Shown piece by piece: positions 50,436-63,192 of a DNA stretch of 64,000 bases (the first letter of the stretch is position 1; every line of letters begins with the position of its first letter). This DNA is from Isurus oxyrinchus (lineage: Eukaryota). The DNA is taken from NCBI GenBank assembly GCA_026770705.1, contig JANJGN010000006.1, positions 44,020,001 through 44,084,000 of the forward strand, given 5' to 3'. Both the position numbers and the translations under genes were made by a program. The notes under the pieces are model-generated. The model did no database searches. It was not told the DNA's origin and saw only the letters and a list, made by a program, of their open reading frames with translations.

Positions 50436-51499
50436 CCTCTCAGTGCCAAAAAGTATCAGCAAGTAGGGTTAATAAAAAATCTCAGTGGAGAAACAAAAAA
50501 AACTTTATGGTGAATTCAGACAACAACAAAAAAAAACAATGGTCAGAAAAAATATGGAGGAGAGAGAAAAATAAAATTGGATAGAAAGACTTCAGTACTA
50601 ACATCAGCCTTCAGGACCCTACTTCAGTGCCACCTTAATATTACTGTATCACAGCATTTCCCTTCTGTGCCATTAAACACATCATTCATTACTATGCTGC
50701 CAAACTCTGAGATATGCTGCAATGCTGCTAATCTTCATAACCCTTTCTCTGTGGCTTCTAAACCTCAAGACTCCTTACCCCTCCCCACCATGCTATCAAA
50801 TCCAAAACCTGCTTCTACAGCTGTAAACCATAGCACCTCACCACAGTAGGTATGATAGCACAATGTTTATGACCCTGGATTAATAGAGGCTTGAATTAAT
50901 GATTTGGAGACATGAGTTTATGTCCCATCATGGCAATGGAAAGTTAAATTTATTTAATTAAATAATATCTGGAATTAAAAGCTGGCCTAAAGTGGGCTGG
51001 TTAAAAGGACCTCCTCAGTGCACTGGGACTTCATTCTAACCGTGCGGTTGAATATTAGACCCTGGGCCCCTCACTCCCCCTTATTCCCCCATCAACTCCT
51101 CATGTCCCATTCATACCAATTCTTGCCCCCACCCACTTCCAATAGCTGTCCGTACCTTCCATGCCTACCTATGCCACTCTTCCTTATGGATGATATGAAA
51201 CTTGGAAACATTGTAAACTGTGAGGACAGTCCAGAATTTCAAAAAGACATAGACCAGTTGGTGGAGTGGGCAGATAGGTGGCAGATGAAGTTCAATGCAG
51301 AGAAATGTGAGATGATGCATTTTAGGAGGATGAACATGGAGAATCATTATTAAATAAGGGAAATAATTCTTAAGGGGGGAGCAAGCTGTATTTTCCCCCA
51401 AAATTTAAAGGCCAGGGGATTTAATGGACTAGACCTTTTATGAGCATTCACGACTATCCTTAAGTCACACACTGCAGAAACGGACCTCGCTGCAGTGAA

Positions 51500-52235
51500 A
51501 ATGGGGTCTGTTTGAACGCAGCAACACCCTCTCCTAAGCCTGTGGGTGAACTTGCTGAATGTTGTGCTTGCTTTTGCTAGGCAATGGATGATTTCATCGT
51601 CCAATGTGATGTTGTTGGAGAGGTTACTCCCGAGATAACAGAACCTCTGAACTTCTGAGTTGTGGGAGTATTCATTGTGACTGTAGGGTCTTGAGGTTTG
51701 TGGCCAGGGGCAGGTAGTACAAGATCTCTGCCTTTTTCAGACTTATTGTAAAGCTAAGGCATTTTGAAGCTTGGGCAGTATGGTCAACAAGCAGCTGGAT
51801 ATCTTCTGGAGTGTGTGCTCTGAGAGCATAGTGGTTGGAGTATATATACTTAGTGGTTGTTCTGTGATTTTTGTGTGAGCCTTGAGCCTTTGCAGATTGA
51901 AGAGGTTGCCATCTGTCCTGAACAGAATGTGTATATGTATCTGGAGATCTTTGCTTGCACACAAGAGCAATCATATCCTAAACGTAGATGGTAAACAAAT
52001 GGTTGGAGCCATTACATAAATTTGATTGCTGCCATTGGTGACAGGAAAGGCATCTGATAAGGTGCCATTCTGAATTGCACTGGCCATCATGAAATGGGCC
52101 AATGACCCTGAACATTTTTTCAGGACAGCCACATTTGTCCACAGTTAACTGTGTCAAAGGCCTTGGTTAAGCCTTTACCATGTGGAGGCCTTTGTTCTGT
52201 TTGTGAGACCTTTCTTGAATTTGACGACTGCAAAG
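51500..52235 (-). mobile_element. RTE-clade LINE RT fragment
   Basis: FRTDGNLFNLQRLKAHTK and DDEIIHCLAKASTTFSK are RTE/BovB-type motifs. Confidence 0.8.
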
Positions 52236-52509
52236 ATCAAGTTGACCATTCCTCAGCCAGCACAAAAGCCATACTGTGAAGCTAGGTACACCAAGTCTGC
52301 AAGATGAATGACATTCCTGTTTAAAGAAATGAAATGCCACAATAATTTTCACAGGTGAACTTGTAGGCTGCCAGCCAGGACTAATGATGATGGACCCCAC
52401 TTGCCCAGAGCTATCTGGCTTTGAGGTGCTAGTCACTCACATTCACACCTCTGTCCACAGTTCTAAACAGGGATTGCCACATGAAGCCGAGCAGTAGGAA
52501 TTTGATTAG

Positions 52510-53330
52510 GAGAGGTTACTTGAGATGTTGACCATAGGGGACTTTTATGGATGAAGAGCAAGTCAACTCTCTTCACCATCTTAGTCCTTCCTAACCTTTT
52601 GACCCACTGTGTCTTTATTTATTTAACCTATTTTAACATGATTTGTTTGTTCTCACCAGAAACTGAAGTTTATTCCTATTATGATATTTTATGTCAACGA
52701 GTAGAAAAATGCAGGCCATACTTCACCAGTAACAAAATGATTCCTCTCATAATCTGCTATGTTACTTAGTCCTATCCTTATAACCTTTTAAAATTACACA
52801 CACTTTCTGACTACCCCTGACCAATGCCACAGGAGATCTTCCTATGTATTATTAGAATAAATTCAATTAGATTAACAGTAAATTGATTTTTACTCCTGCT
52901 TTAGAATAAGGTAAGGATGAACAAGCTGTGCGTATGTTTTTCTCCCTTACCCCAACCTCCCTCCACATGCTGCCCTCCTCCCACTCCCACCATCCATCCG
53001 TCTCCCCTGCAGCTAGTTTGATTGAAATCTTGATTCTAGTATGAAGCAATGAAATGTAAGCATGGTAACACCCACATAATATGCATCAAACAGTTCACTT
53101 CAGCGAGTGGTGTGATAATGTTAGTCAATTCTGCTTCATCCAAACCATTTTAAGAAGCTATATGAATTCTTCCATGGAGGCTTTCTGAACAGCCACCATA
53201 TGCATTAGATATTAATAGCTTAAGGATTTGAGTAATTATTTTTAGGGAGTAATTATAATTTCCATGCCTCCTACTGCAATGCTAAAAATCACAAAGCTAC
53301 TTTTAAAAATATGGTTGGTGTTACATCTTG
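52510..53330 (+). pseudogene. PKHD1: PKHD1 relic, second G8 domain and downstream region
   Basis: ILVLPN..VFIYLTYF vs VLILPN..VDTDLPFF; GNTHII vs GNERII; NSASSKPF*EA vs SSSSYEPHEA; SHHMH vs GHHVR. Confidence 0.65.
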
Positions 53331-53574
53331 AGTAAGACGTAGAGTTCTGGTCATCATCGCAAAATGGGCATCATTATTGCCATTGAGAGGACAAAGAGGT
53401 GAGTCACCAAGGTGGATTCAAGGTCTAAATTTTTGCGGAGTAATGGAGAGTCTGGGGACCTTTAAAAATGGTGGCTGGAACTTGGATCTGGAATTCCTGC
53501 CCCCATTTTGAACAGATCCTATTTTTGCCAGCAGGGGAAAGGGGGTTTGACATGACTAAGATATGGGGGAAGTT

Positions 53575-55305
53575 AAACTGACGGACCTGTAATTTCTTGG
53601 TCCCTTCCTTTTTTAATAATGGGACAACATTAGCAGTCTGACAGTCCTCTGGCACCTCACCTGCAGCCAGAGAGGATTTGAAAATTACTGCCAGGTCCCC
53701 TGATGGCTCTTCCCTTGCCTCCCTCAACAGCCTGGGATACATCTCATCTGGGCCTGCAGATTTATCCAATTTTAAAGCTGCTAAACCCACTACAATCTCT
53801 TCTGATTCTATGATAACTTACTCTAATATTTCACAGTCCTCCACCCTGATGTCTATACCTGCGTCGTTCTTCTTCATTGTGAAGACTGACACAAAGTATT
53901 CATTGAGGACTGTACCCGCATCTTCTAGCTCCACACACACATTACCTCTATAGTCCCTAATTGGCCCTACTCTTTCCCTAGTTATTCTCTATCGCTTTAT
54001 ATATTTAAAAAACCTCTTCGGGTTTTCCTTCATTCTACTCACCAATACTTTCTCATGCACTCTCTTAACTTTCCTAATTTCTTTTTTAAGTTCCGCCCTG
54101 CACTTTTTATACTCCTCTAAGGACTCTGCCATACTGAGCCCTCGGTATCTGCCAGGAACTGCTCTTTTTTCCTTAATCCTAACCTTTATGTTACTTGACA
54201 TCCAGGGTTTTCCGGACTTGGTCCCCACCTTTGTCTTTATGGGAGCATATTTGCCCTGTACTCTCGCTGTTTCCTCCTTGAATGCCTCTCATTGCTCTGA
54301 CACAGTTTTATCTTCAAGTAGCTACTCCCAGTCCAGTGGGCCAAATCATATCTCATTTTAGTAAAATTAGCCTTTCCCCAGTTTAGAATTTTTATTCCCG
54401 CCCCAACCCTATCTTTTCCATAACTATTCTAAATCTAACTGAGCTACGGTCACTGTCTCCAAAATGTTCCCTTACTGATACACCTTTCACCTGCCTGGGC
54501 TCATTTTCGAATATTAAGTCCAGAATTGCCCCCTCCCTTGTTGGGCTTTCTATGTACTGGCTAAAAAAGTTTTCCTGGATGCAACTTAAGAATTTTGCTC
54601 CCTCCTTACCATTCACACTAAAACTATCCCAGTGAATATTTGGGTAGTTAAAATCCCCTACCATTACTGCCTTATTATCTTATCCTTCTCTGAAATTTGC
54701 TTACATATTTGATCCTCTATCTCTCCCTGACTGTTTGGGGGCCTGTAGTACACACCCAACAGCATATTTACCTCTTTTTACGTTTTTTACTTTACCCCTT
54801 AGGCCTCATTTATTGATCCCTCCAAGATATCATCCCTCCTCACTGCTATAATATTGATTCCTTGATCAATATTGCTTCACCCCGCTCCTCTTCTATCCCT
54901 CTCTATCTCGTCTGAATACCCTATAACCAGGAATGTTGAGCTGCCAATCCTGCCCTTCCTTTAACCAAGTTTTGGTCGTGGCTATGGTATCATATTCCCA
55001 CCTACCTGTCTGTGCCCTCAGCTCATCTATCCTGTTCCTCAGGCTCCTCGCATTAAAATATTTTCCATTTAGCCTTGCTAAACTCACTTAATTCTTATCT
55101 AGCCTATGTTTCCTCTGCCTTCCAGACTCACTTACTAGCGTTTTAACTTCTAATTCCATCTCAGCTTCTCTCCTGTCTGAACTACTTTTCAGGATCTCAT
55201 GCCCCTGCCAATTTAGTTTAAATCCACCCCAACAGAATAACAAACCTCCCCATAAGGATGTTGGCCCCGTTCCTGTTCAGATGCAACCTGTTCAACTTGT
55301 ACCCT
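53575..55305 (-). mobile_element. CR1 LINE endonuclease and linker region
   Basis: YFNARSLRN..TKTWLK..IPGYRVFRRDR; VGDFNYPNIHW..PTREGAILDL. Confidence 0.92.
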
Positions 55306-55369
55306 TATTTTACCTTGACTCCTACTTGAGTATAGACTAGATGCTAGATCCTCTAGATGGACTAGATCC

Positions 55370-56411
55370 TCTAGGTGCTGCTGACTACCTGTCTGTCCCA
55401 GGGTCCTCCTCTCGCACTCTCCTTTAGATGCTGCTGGCTGCCAAGGAGGCCCGCCTCGTTGTCCTCTACCCCCGCTCTGGCTGTAGGAGGCCCATCAGTC
55501 TCGCCACTCTGGCTTGGGAGGCAGTCGCAGAGGTGGTCAATGCCAATGCTGCACACAAGAGATTGGCCATCCAGTGCAGAAAGCGGATGAATGATCTCGT
55601 CTGTGCTGTCAGGGTAAGGTAACTATCTTATCACTCTAAACTCTCACACTCACAAGGCCGTTACGCATTCACTGGCATCTCATTCACTGCCAGCTCAAGG
55701 GCCATCACCATCCATTCTCACAAACGTGCTCTCACATGTCCATCTGGTCTCAGCATCCTCCTCCTCAGCCCTTGCCATCTTAAGGCTGCTTGCACAGATC
55801 AACATGTGCCCCCATACGCACATTGGTATATGCCCGTTCTCCTGTACAGCTCTCGTCCTGCAAACTCTTCCCTTGTCTGAGGCTACTTCTCCCCCAACAC
55901 AGTAAGCCCTAGCCCTGCAGCCATTGAAAAGCCTTACGGCTGGTCTGGTAGGTTGAGTCCTGCCCGTGAGCCCCACTAAAAGTGATGTGGTGCTGCCTGC
56001 GAAGCCTGGCATGGATAACTGGAGTGCTGCCCGAAGCAAGGTAGGCAAACAAATTTTGAAGTCCCGAGCGAAGTGCAGCTTGCCAAGTGCATGTCATTTA
56101 TGTACCGTTGTGAAACACGTCGGCGTGCCCAGATGATCCAGTTTGGAGGGTTTATTCCAGCAAGCAAGGCTTATAATGAGTTGCTAAAGTATTAAAATTA
56201 GATTTCCAATGTGCAGTGGCAGGAAACACGACTGGCCATTGACAGGTGGAGCGGACGTTCACAGGCTGGTTTCATGATGGTGTAAAACTGATTTTTGATC
56301 TTCTCACCATATTGTACCTCCAGCCCTACTGCTACCTCCCCCCCGCACCCCCATCCCCTGCGCCCAGCCCGCCACGATGCCTGACGTCAATGAGGCCAGA
56401 AAATTCTGACC
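55370..56411 (+). mobile_element. Harbinger derivative carrying a Myb/SANT-like exon and one TIR
   Basis: LAWEAVAEVVNANAAHKRLAIQCRKRMNDL followed by the donor gtaagg at 55614; terminus aaattctgacc. Confidence 0.75.
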
Positions 56412-57159
56412 TATGAATACAAATGTTTGTTTTTGTAAAGGGTTAAATACTTAAGGGAATTTAAATGAATTCATTGGGCTTTCATGAGTGGGAATTTGTT
56501 TAATATATAGTGAAGCCTGTAATGGATGCTTAGAACTTTTATTTTATTTCATCTTAGCATGGCCCCTGAGGTCTGCCCATGGTGGATCCTGGGTGATTTG
56601 GCATAGAAGGTGTAAGGACAAAGGATGAAGCTGAGGGGACACGAACTGGCACTAAATTGGCATAGGGTTATAAGGGGCCATGGGGATGAGTACAGGGAAT
56701 GGATTGGCATGAGTTGGTACAAAGTTGGCATTGAGGTATAAATGGCCATGGGGGTAGGTGTGGGGTACAGGCAGTGGTTGAAAGGTGAGGGGGCGTGAAG
56801 TGTGAGGCCTAGAGGGCTAATGTTTAATAAAACAACTGGGACGATATCCCAGAGAACTGAGGCGGGCCTTTCAACCAGCCCACCTCGGCAGTCAGCTGTG
56901 TGCTGGGGTGGTGGGCCTGGCTCCATCCCACAGCTGCAACCCCCGCTCTCCCCCCGCCCGCACCCCCCCACCCCCCCGGCAAGAATGAAGATCCCCCTTT
57001 TGGGACACTTACTTTGAAGGAAGATACAGCAGCCTGGGAGATTTCTTGATCCTGCGCAATCACCTCGGGAGTGAAAATCTAGGTCCAAGTAACAGGAATT
57101 TAGGTCTTGAGGAAGTGTTAAGGAAAATGAGTTTGATCTTTTTGGGAAAGCGAAGACTT

Positions 57160-57510
57160 GACATCAACATCTGTGGAGAGAAACAATGTTAATGTTTCAG
57201 GTTGATGATCCTTTATTAGAGCTGAGGAAAGATGAAACGGCAATGGGTTTTGAGGAAGTGAAAGGAGGAGTGGGGAGGAAGAACAAAAGGGAAGGTCTTT
57301 GAAGGTTGGAGGGCTGGAGAGATTAAATGACAATAAGTTTCATGGTACAAAAACTATAAGGTATAGTAGTGAAATTAAAAAAAAACAAAAGATGAGGTGT
57401 GAATGGCTGGACAGCAGACATCCAAAACTAAAGGAATAAAGAAAGCAATGAGAAACTAAAAACAACCCACCAAAAAATACCATGAAACAAAATGGAGTCA
57501 GAAGATCATA
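57160..57510 (-). mobile_element. Penelope-like 3' region fragment
   Basis: catctgtggagagaaacaatgttaatgtttcagg, homologous to 240-275 and the reverse complement of 62590-63060. Confidence 0.65.
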
Positions 57511-57539
57511 ACCCCTAACATCTAAATTGGAACAGCACC

Positions 57540-60135
57540 TGGAATTAAAAGCCTAACGATGACCATGTAACCATTGTTGATTGTTGTAAAAACCCATCTG
57601 GTTCACTAATGTCCTTCAGGGAAGAAAATCTGTCGTCCTTACCAGGTCTGGCCCACATGTGACTACAGCCCCACAGCAATGTGGTTGACCCTTAACTGTC
57701 CTCTGAAATGGCCTAATAAGCCATTCAATTGTATCAAGCCACCACAAAGTCACAGAAAAGGAATTAAATAGACCACCCGGCAGCAACCTGGCACCGAAAA
57801 CAACGAAGACAATGAATCAGTGCTCCTCATATCAAACAAGGGTGCAGAATGTACACTGGGTGGGGAACTTCAATGTTCATCGGTAGCACCACTACTGACC
57901 AGCTGGCTGAGTTCTAAATGACATAGCTGCTGGACTGGGTCTGCGGCAGGTGGTGAGGGAACCAACAAGAGGGAAAAGCACACTTGACTTCATCCTCATC
58001 AACCTGCCTGCCGCAGATGTATCTGTCCATCTCAGTATCAGTAGGAGTGACAACCAGACAGTCTTTGTGGAGACCAAGTCCTGCCTTCACATTGAGGATA
58101 CCCTCCATCGTGTTGTATTGCCCTTGACTGTGCTAAATGGGATAGATTTCGAACAGTCAAGAACGGGCATCCATGAGGCGGTGTGGGCCATCAGCAGTAG
58201 CAGAATTGTACTCAAACACAATCTGTAACCTCATGGCTCGGTATATCCCACACTCTGCCATTACCAACAAGCCAGGGGTCAAACCTGGTTCAATAAAGAA
58301 TGCAAGAGGTTATGCTAGGAGCAGCACCAGGCATATCTAGAAATGAGGTGTCAATCTGGTAAAGCTACAACGCAATACTACTGGCATGCCAAACAGCATA
58401 AGGAGCAAGTGATAGACAGAGTTAAGTGATCCCACAACCAACGGATCAGATCTAAGCTCTGCAGTCCTGCCACATCCAGTTGTGAATGGTGGTGGACAAT
58501 TAAACAACTCACTGGAGGAGGAGGCTCAACAAATATCCCCATCCTCAATGATGGAGGAGCAAAGCACATCAGCGCAAAAGATAAGACTGAAACATTTGCT
58601 CCAATCTTCAGCCAGAAGTGCCGAGTGGATGATCCATCTTGGCCTCTCTGCAGATTCGCAGCATCAGAGATGCCAGTCTTCAGCAAATTCAGTTCACTCC
58701 ACATGATATCAAGAAATGACTGAAGGCACTGGATACCCCAAAAGCCATGGGCCCTGACAATATTCCGGCAATAGCACTGAGGACTTGTGCTCCAGAACTT
58801 GCTGTGCCCCTAGCCAAGCTGCTCCAGTACAGCTACAACATTGGCATCTACTCGGCTATGTGGAAAATACCCCAGGTATGTCCTATACACAAAAAGCAGG
58901 GGAAATCCAACCCAGCCAATTACTTCCCCAAAAGTCTATTCTTGATTGGAGGGTTAATTGACGGTGCTATCAAAAGGCATTTGCTTAATAATAACCTGCT
59001 CACCGATGCTCAGTTTGGGATCCACCAGGGCCACTCAGCTCCTAACCTCATTACAGCCTTTGTTCAAACATGGACGAAAATGCTGAACTCCCAAGGTGAG
59101 GTGAGAGTAACTGCCCTTGTCTCAAGGCTGCATTTGACTGAGTGTAGCATCAAGGAGCCCTAGTAAAACTGGAGTCATTGGGAATCAAGGGGAAAACTCG
59201 ACGCTGGTGGGAGTCATACCTAGCACTAAGGAAGATAGTTGTGGTTGTTGGAGGTCAGTCATCTCAGCTCTAGGATATCAGTCCAGGAGTTCCTCAGGGT
59301 AGTGTCCTTGGCCCAACCATCTTCAGCTGCTTCACCATGACCTTCCTTCCATCATAAGGTCAGAAGTGGGGGTGTCCGCTGATGATTGCACAATGTCAGC
59401 ACCATTTATAACTCCTCAGATGCAGTCCATGTCCAAATGCAGCAAGACTTGCACAATATCCAGGCTTGGGCTGACAAGTGGCAAGCCACACAAGTGCCGG
59501 GTAACGACCATCTCCAACAAGAGAGAATCCAACCATCACCCTTGACATTCAAACGCATTACCATCACTAAATCCCCCACTATTAACATCCTGAGGGGTTA
59601 CCATTGACCAGAAATTGAGCTGGGCTAGCCATATAAATACTATGGCTACTAGAGCAGGTCAGAGGCTGGGGCTTGTGTGACAAGTAACTCACTTCCTGAC
59701 TCCCAAAGCCTGTCCACCATCTACAAGGCACAAGTCAGGAGTGTGATGAAATACTTCCCACTTGCCAGGATGAGTGCAGCTTGCACAACAGTTAAGAAGC
59801 TTGACGCCGTCCAGGGCAAAGTAGCCCACTTGATTGACACCTATCCACAAACGTTCACTCCCTCCAGCATCGACGCACAGTAGCAGCAGTGTGTACCATC
59901 TACTAGATACACTGCAGGAATTCACGAAGGCTCCTCAGACAGCACCTTCGAAATCCACGACCACTTTCATCTAGAAGGACAAGGGCAGTAGATACATGGG
60001 AACACCACCACCTGGACGTTCCCCTCCACGTAACTCACCATCCTGACTTGGAAATATATTGCCGTTCCTTCACTGTCGCTGGGTCAAAATCCTGGAACTC
60101 CTTTCCTAACAGCATTGTGGGTGCCAGCGAAACCC
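57540..60135 (+). mobile_element. HER1-type LINE, long ORF2 remnant (EN and RT) with 3' region
   Basis: VREPTRGKSTLDFIL; MGPDNIPAIALRTCAPELAVPLAKL; GVPQGSVLGPTIF. Confidence 0.9.
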
Positions 60136-60149
60136 ACACCCCGTGAATG

Positions 60150-61653
60150 AATATCAAAAATAAAACTAATTTCAATGGAATGAAGTGGAATGTAGCCAGG
60201 GTAAAATTGAACCAAAGACTGACAGGAAAAAATGTAATTGAGCAATGGGTGACCTTTAAAGAGGAGATTTTTCAGGTACAGACTGGATACCACCACCTGG
60301 AAGTTCCCCTCCAAATCACTCAGCATCCTGACTTGGGAATATATTGTCATTTCTTCACTGTCGCTGGGTCAAAATCCTGGAACTCCCTCCCTAACAGCAC
60401 TGTGGATCTACCCACACCACATGGACTGCAGAAGTTCAAGAAGGCAGCGCACCACTACCATCTCAATAACAATTAGAGATGGGCAATAAATGTTGGCCTA
60501 GCCAATGATGCCCACATTCCATGATGAGTTTAAAAAATACACCCCAAAAAAGGGCAAAAGGTAGGGGAACCAAAACCAGGGCTGCAATTGGGTGAAAAGG
60601 AAGCTAGAGAATATGTTGAAATAACAAAAGAGAGGTGTAAGATGCATGTCAGGTGAATTCTTCAAGCAAGAGCCAGGTCAAGTACAATAAGCTGAGGAGG
60701 GAAAGTGAAGAGAAATATAAGATTGACAAAAAGAGAATATGAGAAGAAAATGGCAGCCAAAATAAAAGGGAACCCAAAAAACTCTGACAGGCAGGTAAAT
60801 ATTAAGCAGATCGTAGGAGATGGACTGAGTCCTATTAGGGACAAAGAGAGTGATATATGTTTAGCGGAGCAGGGCTAGGCTAGAATATTCAATGGGTGGG
60901 ATTTTCTGGTCCCATCCGCTGCAGGGCCAAAAATTCCAGCTTGAAGTTTACAGACCTTTTGCTCAAATTTTCTGCCTGCCCACGACGATTCCTGTGGCGG
61001 GTGGGACTGTAAAATCGCATCCAATGAGTACTTTGTATCAGTGTTTGCAAAGGAAGAGGAATTTGGCAAAAAAGTTAGTATATGGTAGAGGTAATTGATG
61101 GGGTGAAAATTGAGAGGCAGGAGGTACTGAAAAGGCTGGCTATGTTTAGAGTGGATAAGTTGCCTGGTTCAATTGGCTTGCTCCCCAGGCTGGTAGATGA
61201 TTTAGGGGTGCAGATAACAGAAGGGCTTGCCGTAATCTCGCAATCATTCATTGCAGAGCAGCAATTTTGACACCTTTGTTCAAGGAAGATTGGAAGAATA
61301 GTTCTAGCAAATGCTGGACATTTAATTTAACATCTGTGGTGGGCAAGACTTTAGAAACAAAAACCGGGAAAAAAAACTCTACAGGCGTAGAGATGTTTCA
61401 GTTAATTAAGGAGAGCCAGCATGAATTTGTAAAAGGCAGATTGTGTTTGATGAATCTAATTGAATTCTTTGATGAAGGAGCAGAGAAAATTGGTGAAGAG
61501 AATGCAATGGATGTTGTCTAGATGGATTTTAAGAAAGCATTTGACAAAGTTTCACATACAAAACTGGTTAACAAAATTGTGGCATATGCAATAGGAGACT
61601 CAGTGCAACCAAAAAATTGGCTTAAGGACTGATAACAGTGAATCATGGTACAT
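60150..61653 (+). mobile_element. Old CR1 ORF2 remnant with a nested LINE tail (60288-60540) and a short MITE (60895-61022)
   Basis: QHEFVKGRLCLMNLIEFF; MDFKKAFDKVSH. It continues after 63097. Confidence 0.8.
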
Positions 61654-63096
61654 TGGGCCAAGTCACTGACACTTCCCTTCCCTTCCTTGACCTCTCAGTC
61701 TCAATTTCTGGTGATAAACTGTCCATCAATGTTCATTACAAGCCTACCAACTCCCATAGCTACATTGACTACAGCTCCTCACACCCTGCTTCCTGTAAGG
61801 ACTCCATCCCATTCTTTCAGTTCCATCGCCTCCGTCGCATCTGTTCTGATGATGCCAATTTCCAAAACAGTTCCTCTGACATGTCTTCCTTCTTCCTTAA
61901 CCGAGGTTTTCCACGCACGGTGGTTGACAGGGCCCTCAACCCTGTCCAGGCCATCTCCCGTGCATCCGCCCTCACACCTTCCTCTCCCTCCCAGAACCAT
62001 GATAGGGTCCCCCTTGCCTTACTTATCACCCCACCAGGCTCTGCATTCAAAGGATCATCCTCCGCCATTTCCACCAACTCCAGCATGATGCCACTACCAA
62101 ACACATCTTCCCTTCACCCCACCTGGTGGCTTTCTGCAGGGATCGTTCCCTCCGGGACACCCTGGTCCACTCCTCCATAACACCCTACACCTCAACCCCC
62201 TCTCACGGCACCTTCCCATGCAACCACAGAATGTGCGACACCTGCCCCTTTACTTCCCCCCTCCTCACCATCCAAGGCCCAAACATTCCTTTCAAGTGAA
62301 GCAGCACTTCACTTGTATTTCCCTCAATTTAGTTCACTGCATTCGTTGCTCCCAATGCGGTCTCCTTTACTTTGGAGAGACCAAACGCAGACTGGGTGAC
62401 CGTTTTGCGGAACACCTTCGGTCTGTCCACAAGCATTACCCAGAGCTCCCTGTCGCTTGCCATTTCAACACACCACCCTGCTCTCATGCCCACGTGGCCG
62501 TCCTTGGCCTGCTGCAATGTTCCAGCGAAGCTCAACAGCACCTCATCTTCCGACTAGGCACTTTACAGTCCTCCGGACTTAATATTGAGCTCAACAATTT
62601 CAGATCATGAACTCTCTCCTCCATCCCCACCCCCTTTCTGATCCACCTTTTTCCAATAATTTATAATTTTTTTTACAACTATATTTTTTTCTTTTCCCTC
62701 CTATTTTTAAATTTATTTCGATCTTTTGTTTCATGTCCACCTTTTAGCCCATTTCGATCCCTTCCCCCCACCCCACCCACACTTGGGCCATCTGCCACTA
62801 GCTTGCTTCCCTTAGTGTCCTCATTAGCACATCCTTTAGATAATATCACCACCGTCAACACCCCTTTGTACTTTTGTCTATTTGACATCTTTGGCAGTCT
62901 CTTCTTGGCCTCCACATATCACTGGCCCCTTATCGAGCTCTACTTGTCCCACCCCCCCCACCAGCTTATATTTCATCTCGTTTCTATATGTCTTAGTTCT
63001 GTTGAAGGGTCATACGGACTCAAAGCATCGACTGTATCCCTCTCCGCAGATGCTGTCAGACTTGCTGAGTTTTTCCAGGTATTTTTGTTTTTGTTC
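61654..63096 (+). mobile_element. Penelope-like element (RT C-terminus, GIY-YIG endonuclease, 3' region), 5'-truncated
   Basis: LPFLDLSVSI..VHYKPTNSHSY; NLVHCIRCSQCGLLYFGETKRRLGDRFAEH; 15-bp TSD tgaatcatggtacat (61639-61653 and 63097-63111). Confidence 0.92.
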
Positions 63097-63192
63097 TGAA
63101 TCATGGTACATGGTTGTTTTTCACACTGGAAGGTGGTAGACAGCAATGTTCCCCAAATGTCCATGCTAGGACCACAGCTTTTTTTTGATTAT

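Larger units (their letters stand above)
898..53330 (+). pseudogene. PKHD1: Fragmented PKHD1 (fibrocystin/polyductin)-like pseudogene spread over unique islands between TEs
   Basis: About 18 manually translated + strand segments match human fibrocystin in the correct order. Examples: FCGR-S (962), VHSHW (~2578), FYIM (~19727), PQDGDNVTVGNGQ..DTNTS (34931), SPTNLI (37267), W..E.YS (~48187), ILVLPN (52578), GNTHII (~53074). Most contain stops or frameshifts. Human sequence recalled from memory. Confidence 0.85.
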
